In this document: positions 14,879 through 23,467 of the stretch, piece after piece
Layout: every line of letters starts with the position of its first letter
Numbering within the stretch: position 1 is the stretch's first letter
Source: a virus
Taxonomy: Duplodnaviria > Caudoviricetes
Length of the DNA: 32,143 nucleotides
Virus record (IMG/VR): IMGVR_UViG_3300020355_000007
Span: 1-32,143 of that record
Strand: one strand, 5' to 3'
The notes under the pieces: model-generated
What the model saw: only the letters and a program-made list of their open reading frames with translations
Databases searched by the model: none
Told to the model about the DNA's origin: nothing
Translations under genes and position numbers: made by a program

Positions 14879-15115
14879 ATGAGTAACATACATGAAAGTT
14901 GGATTGCGCGCAACATTAAGTTGGGTGCGATATACTTAAACGCAAACGATATGCGTGAGATACGAGTGCTTGCAAAGATACCATGCCAAGGCGTATGGTT
15001 TGAGTACGCCGATGGCTCTGGCTATGGCGAGACGCTGCGTTATGGTGACGTACTGTACGCCAAGCTTGACGAGGTAGAAGATTACCTTGAAGATTCTCTG
15101 GCTGCCAGTGCATAA
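14879..15115 (+). CDS. hypothetical protein
   Basis: 78 aa; AAGATTATG start context. Confidence 0.7.
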   Translation: MSNIHESWIARNIKLGAIYLNANDMREIRVLAKIPCQGVWFEYADGSGYGETLRYGDVLYAKLDEVEDYLEDSLAASA

Positions 15116-15133
15116 CCAGAGCTAACAGACCCC

Positions 15134-15168
15134 CCCCTTTTTGAAAACTAGCAAAAGGGGTTTTTTTT
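15134..15168 (+). terminator. intrinsic terminator ending the early-type region
   Basis: CCCCTTTT...AAAAGGGG followed by T8. Confidence 0.7.
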
Positions 15169-15284
15169 ATATACAGTCGGGGGAGGGTAATTTAGATGTC
15201 CACAGGTTTTTCGATTTAGGTGTTTTTAATTTATCGTTTATTTTTTATTGCAAAATGATGGTTTTGGTGGTACTATTTATTACT

Positions 15285-15557
15285 ATGGAGAAATTAGATA
15301 AACAATGGTTAGTTTTTGAAGCTTTTGGGGTAAATTTTCCTTGGAAAGATATTAAGGAACTCAGTGATGAAGACTTAGATTATCTGCATAACAAGGCGGA
15401 CGAAGCCAAAAAGCGCCACGAGGCTGCGGTAGAACAGCAAAAACAGCAGCAGCAACAACAAATGGCTGCTATGCAAGCAGCACAGGCAGCACAACAGCAA
15501 GGCGGTGGAGGAAATATTATTACCCCAAACCAAGCATACAGCTTTGACCAGCCTTAA
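15285..15557 (+). CDS. hypothetical protein with Gln/Ala-rich low-complexity C-terminus
   Basis: TTGCAA(15248)-17-TACTAT(15271) promoter places the start at ATG 15285; QQKQQQQQQMAAMQAAQAAQQQGGGG. Confidence 0.7.
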   Translation: MEKLDKQWLVFEAFGVNFPWKDIKELSDEDLDYLHNKADEAKKRHEAAVEQQKQQQQQQMAAMQAAQAAQQQGGGGNIITPNQAYSFDQP

Positions 15558-15667
15558 TTGAAAAAAGTATTCAATACTATACAATTATTCTGTTTGACAG
15601 CCTACTATTTAGTTAGGACTGTTTTTGTTGGTTTGTATTCTTTTATAACTAATATAATAAAAAAAGA

Positions 15668-17821
15668 ATGAACTTATTATTTGACAGAGTATATGTAATA
15701 AATTTAAAAAGAAGACCAGACAAGTTGGCACATGTAATGGACCAACTTGCTAAACACGATATTCTAGGAAGCATTCCCGTAGAGGTCATTCCGGGCGTTG
15801 ATGGTCAGTCAGAAGTCAATGAAGAATTTTTGGCTGCTAATAATTATAAAATATATAATAAATGGAATGATCCGTGGTGGGGACGCACAAGCCTAAAAGG
15901 TGAAATTGGCTGTAACATTACTCATCACAAAATTTGGGAAAAAGTATCAAAACTAGACGAAAATATACTAGTCTTAGAAGATGATATAGTATTAGAGAAT
16001 GATTTCTTTAATAAAACTCTAGAAATAGCACCCCAAGTCAAAAAATTAGACTTTGATTTTCTTTATATAGGTAGAAAAGCTATATTCCCCGAAAAAGAAG
16101 AAAAACTTACTGATTTATTATTAATTCCAGATTATAGCTATTGGACTTGCGCTTATGTAATCACACCACAAGGAGCAAAAAAATTATCAGAAGGTGGATA
16201 CGAAAAAAATATCAATGTTCCCACCGACGAATATCTACCTTATATGTATGGTGCGCCACATGACTCTGCAAAAAACATATTTAGCTGCGAACAAAATTTA
16301 AAAGCTTATGCATTGATAGAAAATTTAGGAGACCCTCACGACGAAGCTTTTACAGACAGTGAAACAGAAAAATCTGAACCCTATCAAATTTCTGACAGAG
16401 ATGACGCCAAAGTGTTTGCGTTTGCTACAGAGTCTAATGATGGCCTCAAAATGCTCTATGAGAGCAGTTTAAAGTATGGTGTGCCATTAGAGTACGCCGG
16501 TTTAAATGAAGAGTGGACGGGCGGAGACACCTCAAGACTCGACTATCCCGGAGGAGGTCAGAAAGTAAATATATTAAAACAAACCATCAAAAATCTGCCC
16601 GACGATCAGCTAGTTATTTTTACAGACGGTTATGATGTTTTATATAATGATGGATTAAATACAATTATTAAAAAATTTAAGACTTTTGACACAAAAGTGC
16701 TTTTTGGAGCAGAGGTTGCTTGTTGGCCTGACGAAAATTTAAAAACAGACTATCCAGAAGTAGATTCGCCATTAAAATATTTAAACTCAGGAGTAATTAT
16801 TGGTTATGTAGAAGAATTAAAAAGAATTACTAATGAAGACATTAGCGACACTGATGACGACCAACTATATTATACTAAAAAATATTTATCCGGTGAGTTT
16901 GACATCAAATTAGACCATAATTGTGAAATAATTCAAAATTTAGCAGAATTTGATCAAGTTCAAATAAATAAACTAAAATCAAAATTATACAATACCCTTT
17001 TTAATACTACTCCCTCTATAATTCATGGCAACGGAGACGTTAATGTAAAAATGTCTCTTTTAAGAATGTTTAATTTTTTAATAAACTTTAAAAACCATTA
17101 TGGATACACTCCTGTTAATGAAATCGAGGTAAATGAGTTGCCGAAAATTGCTTACAGCATAAATGTTACAGAAACTCCAAAAACGATTGAGGAAAGTCTG
17201 AAAAATTTACTTTCTGTTGATTACGACAGAGAAAAAATATCTTTGCACTTAAATATGGGTCACGAAAGCAAGCTTGAAGTCACTCACGCCGTTATGGAAC
17301 AACTTATGAGTTTTGGAAAGTTCTTTTATACCGAAAATCACAAAAAAACTAATATTTTAAAAGAAAATCCATTAAAAGAGTTTTTAGAACAAGATGTTGA
17401 TTATTTATTTACTATTGATAGTGATTGTAGAATAACTGAGCCTGAGATTTTACAAAAATTAATAAAAAATAATAAAACATGTGTTTCTCCTTTATTGAGG
17501 CACGAAGATTGTTTATTTTCTAATTTTTGGCACGGACAAAAAAGAGATTTTAAAATTCAACAAAGTTCAGTAAGAATGCCCAACTCAGACGAGCCTGATG
17601 AATATGCAGCAATCTGGGATAGAGTTTTAAGCGGATGTTTCAATGTTTTATTTGTTGATAAGTGTTTTTTAATGAAAAAAGAGATTTTGCCTAAAATTCA
17701 AGACTTTTACCGTAAAAATAACGAAGGCAATCCAGATAAAATTAACTTTTGTGCTAATATGGTAAATGAAGGCGTTCACATGTATTTAGATAACCAGCAC
17801 GAATACGGAATAATTGTGTAA
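15668..17821 (+). CDS. GT25 glycosyltransferase fused to PLOD/LH3-like glycosyltransferase domains
   Basis: GT25 motifs YVINLKRRPD, GEIGC..TH..IW, LVLEDD and YSYWTCAY; PLOD-GT motifs GGGQKVNIL, FTDGYDV, AE..CWPD, YLNSG, DDDQLYYT and IIHGNG. Confidence 0.85.
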   Translation: MNLLFDRVYVINLKRRPDKLAHVMDQLAKHDILGSIPVEVIPGVDGQSEVNEEFLAANNYKIYNKWNDPWWGRTSLKGEIGCNITHHKIWEKVSKLDENILVLEDDIVLENDFFNKTLEIAPQVKKLDFDFLYIGRKAIFPEKEEKLTDLLLIPDYSYWTCAYVITPQGAKKLSEGGYEKNINVPTDEYLPYMYGAPHDSAKNIFSCEQNLKAYALIENLGDPHDEAFTDSETEKSEPYQISDRDDAKVFAFATESNDGLKMLYESSLKYGVPLEYAGLNEEWTGGDTSRLDYPGGGQKVNILKQTIKNLPDDQLVIFTDGYDVLYNDGLNTIIKKFKTFDTKVLFGAEVACWPDENLKTDYPEVDSPLKYLNSGVIIGYVEELKRITNEDISDTDDDQLYYTKKYLSGEFDIKLDHNCEIIQNLAEFDQVQINKLKSKLYNTLFNTTPSIIHGNGDVNVKMSLLRMFNFLINFKNHYGYTPVNEIEVNELPKIAYSINVTETPKTIEESLKNLLSVDYDREKISLHLNMGHESKLEVTHAVMEQLMSFGKFFYTENHKKTNILKENPLKEFLEQDVDYLFTIDSDCRITEPEILQKLIKNNKTCVSPLLRHEDCLFSNFWHGQKRDFKIQQSSVRMPNSDEPDEYAAIWDRVLSGCFNVLFVDKCFLMKKEILPKIQDFYRKNNEGNPDKINFCANMVNEGVHMYLDNQHEYGIIV

Positions 17822-17829
17822 AATACATT

Positions 17830-19041
17830 ATGCCGCAATCTAGTGAACCTTATAAATTTGTTGCTTCGACAAGCACCAACGTACCCGGCATACCGCAGGA
17901 AAAAGATGATCCTATTTATCCTACTACCGAGGGTAGTGCTGCCGCGCACAATCTTCAAAACCAACCAATTTTATTTGATGGAACTACTTATGGTACATTA
18001 AATACTCTGGGTGCAAATTATTTCGATAATGTTTATATGCCCCAACCAAAAACGAGAGAATTAGATCATCCCAACAATGTATGTAGTAGTAATTGTACTG
18101 GCCCTAATGATGGATCAAATCCTACCTACGATGATGATTATCGTTATTGGCCAGCCAAGAGAGATAGAGATGGAGGAATAATTGGAACAATTTATACATC
18201 GACAATCAATGCCGGACCCGGATGTTCACGTTACGAGTCCTTAAATCAAAAAAGTTCTGACGAAGGTCATTGGCATGGTACATACGGCTCTCATTATGCA
18301 CACACTGGACATTATTTAGGTTCTCCTGCTTATAAAACTGTTTATTGGGGAACTCCAGATGATAATAGTTTTTTAAATGGAAGTAATTTTACTACTGCTG
18401 ATTATATAAGTGATTTTTTAAGTAAATTTGCTCCGGGGTATTCTGCTAGTTGTTGTACTAATACAGTTGTAGACGCTCGACACTTAGATGACACCACAAT
18501 AAAATGGGGTGACTTTGGAGCTAATAATATTAGATACGGAATTCATTATTACGATGATTATGACGGTGGTTTGGGTTGTGGTGGAGATGGCGGTGGCGAT
18601 TGTTGTTCTAATCAAACGTGCGGAATAATTTTCAGACCTCAAGATATTGCAACAGATCAATTTGTTGAAGCTGCTCCGGGTTGGCGTGTTGGAGGATTAA
18701 AAGACGGAACAACTGCCGACACTGACGCAGCTAGAAATTGGTTAGATTCTACACTTTCAACTCATTGGGTTGAGTGTGATGTATATAATTCTTCAGAACC
18801 AACTCAAGCTAGTAATAATCCACCCGGAAAATTTGGAGTAGTAGATAATACAAGAACAAATAGACAATATAACGTTGTTAGATGTATGCAGGATACTTTA
18901 GGAGACCCTTCTGTAGCGGAAAATCCTGACTCATCAGTAGACGCATCAGAAAGATGCACCAAGGGATGTCTTGACTTGAGTCCCAATCCTACTTGGTTTG
19001 TAAATGAAGGAAAAACTTATACTTCTTCTGCATCTTTGTAA
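17830..19041 (+). CDS. Cys/Gly/Asp/Thr-rich hypothetical protein
   Basis: 403 aa with many Cys (CSSNC, SCC, GCGGDGGGDCC); no family recognised. Confidence 0.7.
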   Translation: MPQSSEPYKFVASTSTNVPGIPQEKDDPIYPTTEGSAAAHNLQNQPILFDGTTYGTLNTLGANYFDNVYMPQPKTRELDHPNNVCSSNCTGPNDGSNPTYDDDYRYWPAKRDRDGGIIGTIYTSTINAGPGCSRYESLNQKSSDEGHWHGTYGSHYAHTGHYLGSPAYKTVYWGTPDDNSFLNGSNFTTADYISDFLSKFAPGYSASCCTNTVVDARHLDDTTIKWGDFGANNIRYGIHYYDDYDGGLGCGGDGGGDCCSNQTCGIIFRPQDIATDQFVEAAPGWRVGGLKDGTTADTDAARNWLDSTLSTHWVECDVYNSSEPTQASNNPPGKFGVVDNTRTNRQYNVVRCMQDTLGDPSVAENPDSSVDASERCTKGCLDLSPNPTWFVNEGKTYTSSASL

Positions 19042-19078
19042 TTTTGGTGTATACTAGTATAGAGGTTATTTTAATATA

Positions 19079-19867
19079 ATGCCTAGAAAAAAGAATGATA
19101 ACACGGGCAAGCTTAAGATTCGGGGCGATAAGGACTTAGCTGAAGAAATATCAAATGAAAATATTACTGAAAAATTTGTCATAGAAAATCCGATCAAAAG
19201 ACAAATCAGAATAAATCAATTTCCTTGGACTGAAAAACAAAAAGAATTCTTTAAAGTCGCACTTCATCCATCTACAAACATCGTTTTTGTAAACGGACCG
19301 GCGGGCACTTCTAAAACACTTTTATCTGTATATTGTGCATTACAGATGCTAAACATGAAAGTTATTTCTGATATTATGTATTTAAGATCAGCAGTAGAAA
19401 GTTCAGACAAAAGCTTAGGGTTTTTACCGGGTACAGCAGACGAAAAATTAAAGTTTTTTAATTTGCCTTTTTTAGATAAATTAGATGAATTATTAGGCGA
19501 AGGCAAGTCAGAAAAGTTAATGACCGAGAAGCGGGTCAGCATGTTTCCTGTTAATTTTGCGAGAGGTATGAATTGGAATGGTAAATGTATAATTCTGGAC
19601 GAAGCCCAGAACTCTACACTTAAAGAAATAACTACTGTCTTGACCAGAATGGGAAAGAACAGTAGATGCTTTATTTTAGCTGATCCAATGCAAACTGATC
19701 TTAAAAGTGAACATTCCCAAGGTGGTTTTCAAAAAATGTTAAAAACTTTCTCAGACGAAGAAAGTCTGCAACATGGTGTTTATACTTTTAATTTTACAGA
19801 AGAAGATATTATGAGATCCGAACTTGTTAAATTTTTAGTTGGCAAAATAAATAAAATTAAGGAATAA
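19079..19867 (+). CDS. phoH: PhoH-like ATPase
   Basis: GPAGTSKT, LGFLPG, FARG, ILDEAQN, VLTRMG, DPMQTD and DIMRSELV motifs. Confidence 0.92.
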   Translation: MPRKKNDNTGKLKIRGDKDLAEEISNENITEKFVIENPIKRQIRINQFPWTEKQKEFFKVALHPSTNIVFVNGPAGTSKTLLSVYCALQMLNMKVISDIMYLRSAVESSDKSLGFLPGTADEKLKFFNLPFLDKLDELLGEGKSEKLMTEKRVSMFPVNFARGMNWNGKCIILDEAQNSTLKEITTVLTRMGKNSRCFILADPMQTDLKSEHSQGGFQKMLKTFSDEESLQHGVYTFNFTEEDIMRSELVKFLVGKINKIKE

Positions 19868-19871
19868 TATA

Positions 19872-20288
19872 ATGAAGGAACAACATCCCGAAGCAGCCCA
19901 ATATAAAGAATTAGCAAAAGAAATGAAATTCCACGAATCAAAACAGTTTGAAGCAGACGATCAAAAAGTAGCGTTAGTAGATATAGACGAAACCGTTTGT
20001 GTTTATTCAGGAAAACGGCAATACGATTTAGCCCTCCCAATCAAAAAAAATATTGATAAAATTAATAAACTTTATGATGAAGGATGGAGAATCATATATT
20101 GGACAGCCAGAGGTGGATCTGAAAGCTCTAAAGCTGCGGGTAGATGTTATTACGATTTTACTTGGAAACAATTAGAGTCATGGGGCTGTAAGTTTCATGA
20201 GCTTTCTACCGGATCCAAGGGTAATTATATTAAACCGGCTTGTGATTTAGTTATTGACGATAAATCCAAAAGAATTGAAGAAATTTAA
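19872..20288 (+). CDS. HAD-superfamily phosphatase-like protein
   Basis: VDIDET, YWTARG, KP..D..IDDK motifs. Confidence 0.8.
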   Translation: MKEQHPEAAQYKELAKEMKFHESKQFEADDQKVALVDIDETVCVYSGKRQYDLALPIKKNIDKINKLYDEGWRIIYWTARGGSESSKAAGRCYYDFTWKQLESWGCKFHELSTGSKGNYIKPACDLVIDDKSKRIEEI

Positions 20289-20308
20289 AAAAAAGTGTAC
20301 TATTTAGT

Positions 20309-20458
20309 ATGAAGACTTTAATTATTTTATTTACAGCATCTTTTGCAATTGGCTGCAACTGGGGAAATTCCGGATGTACGGAATGCTCTTGTGAAGCAGG
20401 ATGTTGCTCATCCGACACGTGTACAGCAGCCGATTGCAATTGCGTTTGTAAAGACTAA
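20309..20458 (+). CDS. Cys-rich micro-lipoprotein (49 aa, not in ORF track)
   Basis: MKTLIILFTASFAIG-CNWGNSGCTECSCEAGCCSSDTCTAADCNCVCKD; lipobox-like, 10 Cys. Confidence 0.7.
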   Translation: MKTLIILFTASFAIGCNWGNSGCTECSCEAGCCSSDTCTAADCNCVCKD

Positions 20459-20463
20459 ACTTT

Positions 20464-20886
20464 GGGAGTGTACTGGTTTCGACTTAAGGCCAGAAGCTCA
20501 AATTGCAAGTAGGAGATGATAGTTGGCTCCTTTAAAATTCTATCAAAACATCTAAATGCCAATAGCGATATTGACATGGAGTTAGCTCCTTCCGTTGCCG
20601 AAGCGGACGCAATTCTTGCCAAGTACGGCTACGCGGAGGAAGAACTCCAGTTGGCAGCATAGTTCTGCCCCGTCCTACTCCGGATGCTCGTTAAGGAGCT
20701 AGGGCGTCGATAACGAGCAAAACACTGGTTGAGTCTGGTTGAGTCTCCAGTAGTTTAAAAAAAGATAGACCAAACTTTACGTGAAGTTGTCGGTAACAGA
20801 CACGTATCGTATTAAACCGACTAAACTTGTAGTATATTTGCGTGACAGTTTTAAGGACGCGGGTTCGACTCCCGCCACTTCCACCA
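20464..20886 (+). ncRNA. ssrA: tmRNA
   Basis: 5' GGGAGTG..GGTTTCGAC and 3' GGTTCGACTCCCGCCACTTCCACCA, with G3-U70; tag frame 20558-20662 ends in LAA-stop. Confidence 0.95.
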
Positions 20887-20888
20887 TT

Positions 20889-21089
20889 TTAAAAATTATT
20901 TATAATTGCTTGTATTTCTCTTAACTTGAGTATTTGATTATAATATTTTTCTTTTAGTTCGGCATCGTGTTCCCCATATCTATATAAATGACTGGAATTT
21001 TCTTTAATTTCCTTTTCTAATAATTCAAGCAATAATGCTTTATGTTCTTTAATTAGTTCTACTTTTTGGCTAATGCTTATATGATTCAT
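20889..21089 (-). CDS. hypothetical coiled-coil protein
   Basis: 66 aa; ATGA overlap with the upstream minus-strand ORF. Confidence 0.6.
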   Translation of the reverse strand: MNHISISQKVELIKEHKALLLELLEKEIKENSSHLYRYGEHDAELKEKYYNQILKLREIQAIINNF

Positions 21090-21259
21090 TTTGGCCTTTT
21101 ACAATGTGATTCTAGTTTGTTTACCATCTTTTCACACTCATGAGCTAAATCATTAACTTTCGCTGCTTCATTTTTATCTTTGCAGCTATAGAAAGAAAGG
21201 GACATTATCTCTTTGAGGTTTTTTTTGAGTTCTTTGCAGGTAATGAGTTCGTAGTCCAT
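21086..21259 (-). CDS. hypothetical protein (57 aa, not in ORF track)
   Basis: MDYELITCKELKKNLKEIMSLSFYSCKDK...; GAGGG upstream on the minus strand. Confidence 0.55.
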   Translation of the reverse strand: MDYELITCKELKKNLKEIMSLSFYSCKDKNEAAKVNDLAHECEKMVNKLESHCKRPK

Positions 21260-21340
21260 AAAATACCCTCTATTATATTTTACAGTTATTTTTTATAAAA
21301 AAGTTAATTATTTTTATGTTTTTTTATGTAATATGTAAGT

Positions 21341-21730
21341 ATGAAGATTTATTGTCCACAATGCGGTAGTCCGACGGCTTATGCTGGTGCTAAACCAAAA
21401 TTTTGCTCGTCGTGCGGAAATGCTTTGTCAGCCCTAGCTAAAAAGGAAAAGGAAGAACAAAAGAACTATGAAATTCACGAAGATATAGACGTTGAAGAAA
21501 ACCCTTCTGAAAGTTTAAATCTAGACAACATGAATGCATTACAAGTTGAAATAAACTATCAACAAAACAACAAGGTTACTTTTGGACAACTAATGAAAGA
21601 TTCAGCGGATGCTGAATTAGACGGGGATATTAATTTCACCGAAAAACAAAGCGTTCCCCAGCGAAGTCCGGATCAAATAATGCAAGATTTCCAAAAAGAG
21701 GCTGGCACGCTTAGAAATAAGAATGGCTAG
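21341..21730 (+). CDS. zinc-ribbon protein
   Basis: YCPQCG...KPKFCSSCG. Confidence 0.8.
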   Translation: MKIYCPQCGSPTAYAGAKPKFCSSCGNALSALAKKEKEEQKNYEIHEDIDVEENPSESLNLDNMNALQVEINYQQNNKVTFGQLMKDSADAELDGDINFTEKQSVPQRSPDQIMQDFQKEAGTLRNKNG

Positions 21731-22391
21731 GAAAAAAATAACATTTGAAGAATCTATACATTTAATCGACGCAGAATTACAAAAAAGAAAAAATAGGTGG
21801 AACCTAACAAGCCTATCTTGGATGGATTACGATGACGTCTGTCAAATTATAAGAATTCACATTTATAAAAAGTGGGATCTATACGATCAATCTAAACCAT
21901 TAGCCCCTTGGTTGAATAGAATCATATCGAATCAAATAAAAAATATAATAAGAAACAATTATGGTAATTATGCCAGACCCTGTTTAAAGTGTTCTGCCGC
22001 AGATGGAGAAGATGGATGTGAAATTTATGGAAAACAATGCAACGATTGTCCATTATATGAACACTGGTTTAAAAATAAAAAAAGAGCACATGATACAAAA
22101 TTACCAGTTTCATTAGAAAATCATCCACAAGAAATATACAACAAACCTTCAGACTCTTTCGATATAGAACTAGAATCAATTAACTTGCATAAAAATATGA
22201 AAAAAATTTTAAAACCTATAGAGTGGAGAGTATATGACCTTTTATACATACAAAATAAAACAGAAAATGAAGTTGCAAAAGCAATGGGATATGTGACTTC
22301 AGAAAAAAATAGACAGCCGGGCTACAAACAAATAAAAAATATTAAAAAATCAATACTTAAAAAAGCAAAAGAACTTATTTCAGGAGAATGA
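21723..22391 (+). CDS. sigma70-family RNA polymerase sigma factor (probably late) with Cys-rich insert
   Basis: Region-2-like DYDDVCQ..RIHIYKKW..YD....LAPWLNRII.NQIKNIIR; region-4-like LKPIEWRVY.L.Y...KTENEVAKAMG. Confidence 0.7.
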   Translation: MARKKITFEESIHLIDAELQKRKNRWNLTSLSWMDYDDVCQIIRIHIYKKWDLYDQSKPLAPWLNRIISNQIKNIIRNNYGNYARPCLKCSAADGEDGCEIYGKQCNDCPLYEHWFKNKKRAHDTKLPVSLENHPQEIYNKPSDSFDIELESINLHKNMKKILKPIEWRVYDLLYIQNKTENEVAKAMGYVTSEKNRQPGYKQIKNIKKSILKKAKELISGE

Positions 22392-23467
22392 AACTTAACG
22401 ACGAAAATCAACAAAAAATTCTAGACGCATGGAATTCAAGCAAAGATGAACCGCCATCTTTAATGGAATTAACAGAACTATGCTTTGGAGAAGGTTTTGA
22501 TGGAAGAAGCAAAGAGGGGAGGGCTGTAAAAGACTTTTTAGCTACTAGACAACTGAGGGCAAGAGCTTCTGATGAATATCAAGCCAAGGGGCTTTTAAAT
22601 TTAACTAAAGATCAAGAAGAATTTATAGATAACAATTTAAGCAGCATGAAGGCTGTAGAAATAGCTAAAGTGATGTATAGAAACGAACAGCTAACAAATC
22701 TCAGCCAAGAGACCAGAACTGTCGCAGAATACATCAAAAACAACTCTGAGGGTATGCAACCCTATGAAAGACCAGAAAACGTCCCTACGGACGAATACAA
22801 GCCACCAAAGACTATTCCTGTAATCATGGCGAGAGTCAATAAATACGTTTTAAATGGAATAGATAAAGAAAAACTGTCACCCAAAATTAAAAAAGATCTA
22901 AAATCTTTAATTGGTTATTTACATACATTTAGATTTAATCACCAAATCAATAGTTTGGCAGCTACAACAGATAGAGAGTTATTTGAAAGTAGTTTTATTA
23001 GATATACTTTTGACAAGGGTGATTTAACACAAGAAGAAGTAGATCAATATATAGTATTAGCCACAGAGGTGGTTATCGCAGGAAACATTCAAGCAAGAAT
23101 AGAACACCTACAAGGACTACTAGATGATTCTGCTGACGATACAGAAGGTAGAAGAATTGCAATGAGTTTAGTAGAAGCAATTAGCTCCAGACAAACTGAA
23201 TATAATCAATCAGTAAACAGGCAACAAAAATTACTTAACGACCTTAAAGTTAAAAGAAGCGATAGAATAAAACAAATGTCAGAAGCTTCAGCTAGTGTTG
23301 TTAACTTGGTAGAAATGTGGAAGGAAGAAGAGTCAAGAAAACAAATGATTCAATTGGCAGAATTAAGAAAAGAAGCTCTTTCCGAAGAGATCAACAAGCT
23401 GTCAGACATGGACGAAATTAAATCTAGAATTATGGGGATCAGCGAAGACGAGGTTTTAAATGGTTAA
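22388..23467 (+). CDS. hypothetical helical protein (possible terminase small subunit or packaging accessory)
   Basis: 359 aa with a coiled-coil C-terminus, two genes upstream of TerL; function from position only. Confidence 0.5.
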   Translation: MKLNDENQQKILDAWNSSKDEPPSLMELTELCFGEGFDGRSKEGRAVKDFLATRQLRARASDEYQAKGLLNLTKDQEEFIDNNLSSMKAVEIAKVMYRNEQLTNLSQETRTVAEYIKNNSEGMQPYERPENVPTDEYKPPKTIPVIMARVNKYVLNGIDKEKLSPKIKKDLKSLIGYLHTFRFNHQINSLAATTDRELFESSFIRYTFDKGDLTQEEVDQYIVLATEVVIAGNIQARIEHLQGLLDDSADDTEGRRIAMSLVEAISSRQTEYNQSVNRQQKLLNDLKVKRSDRIKQMSEASASVVNLVEMWKEEESRKQMIQLAELRKEALSEEINKLSDMDEIKSRIMGISEDEVLNG

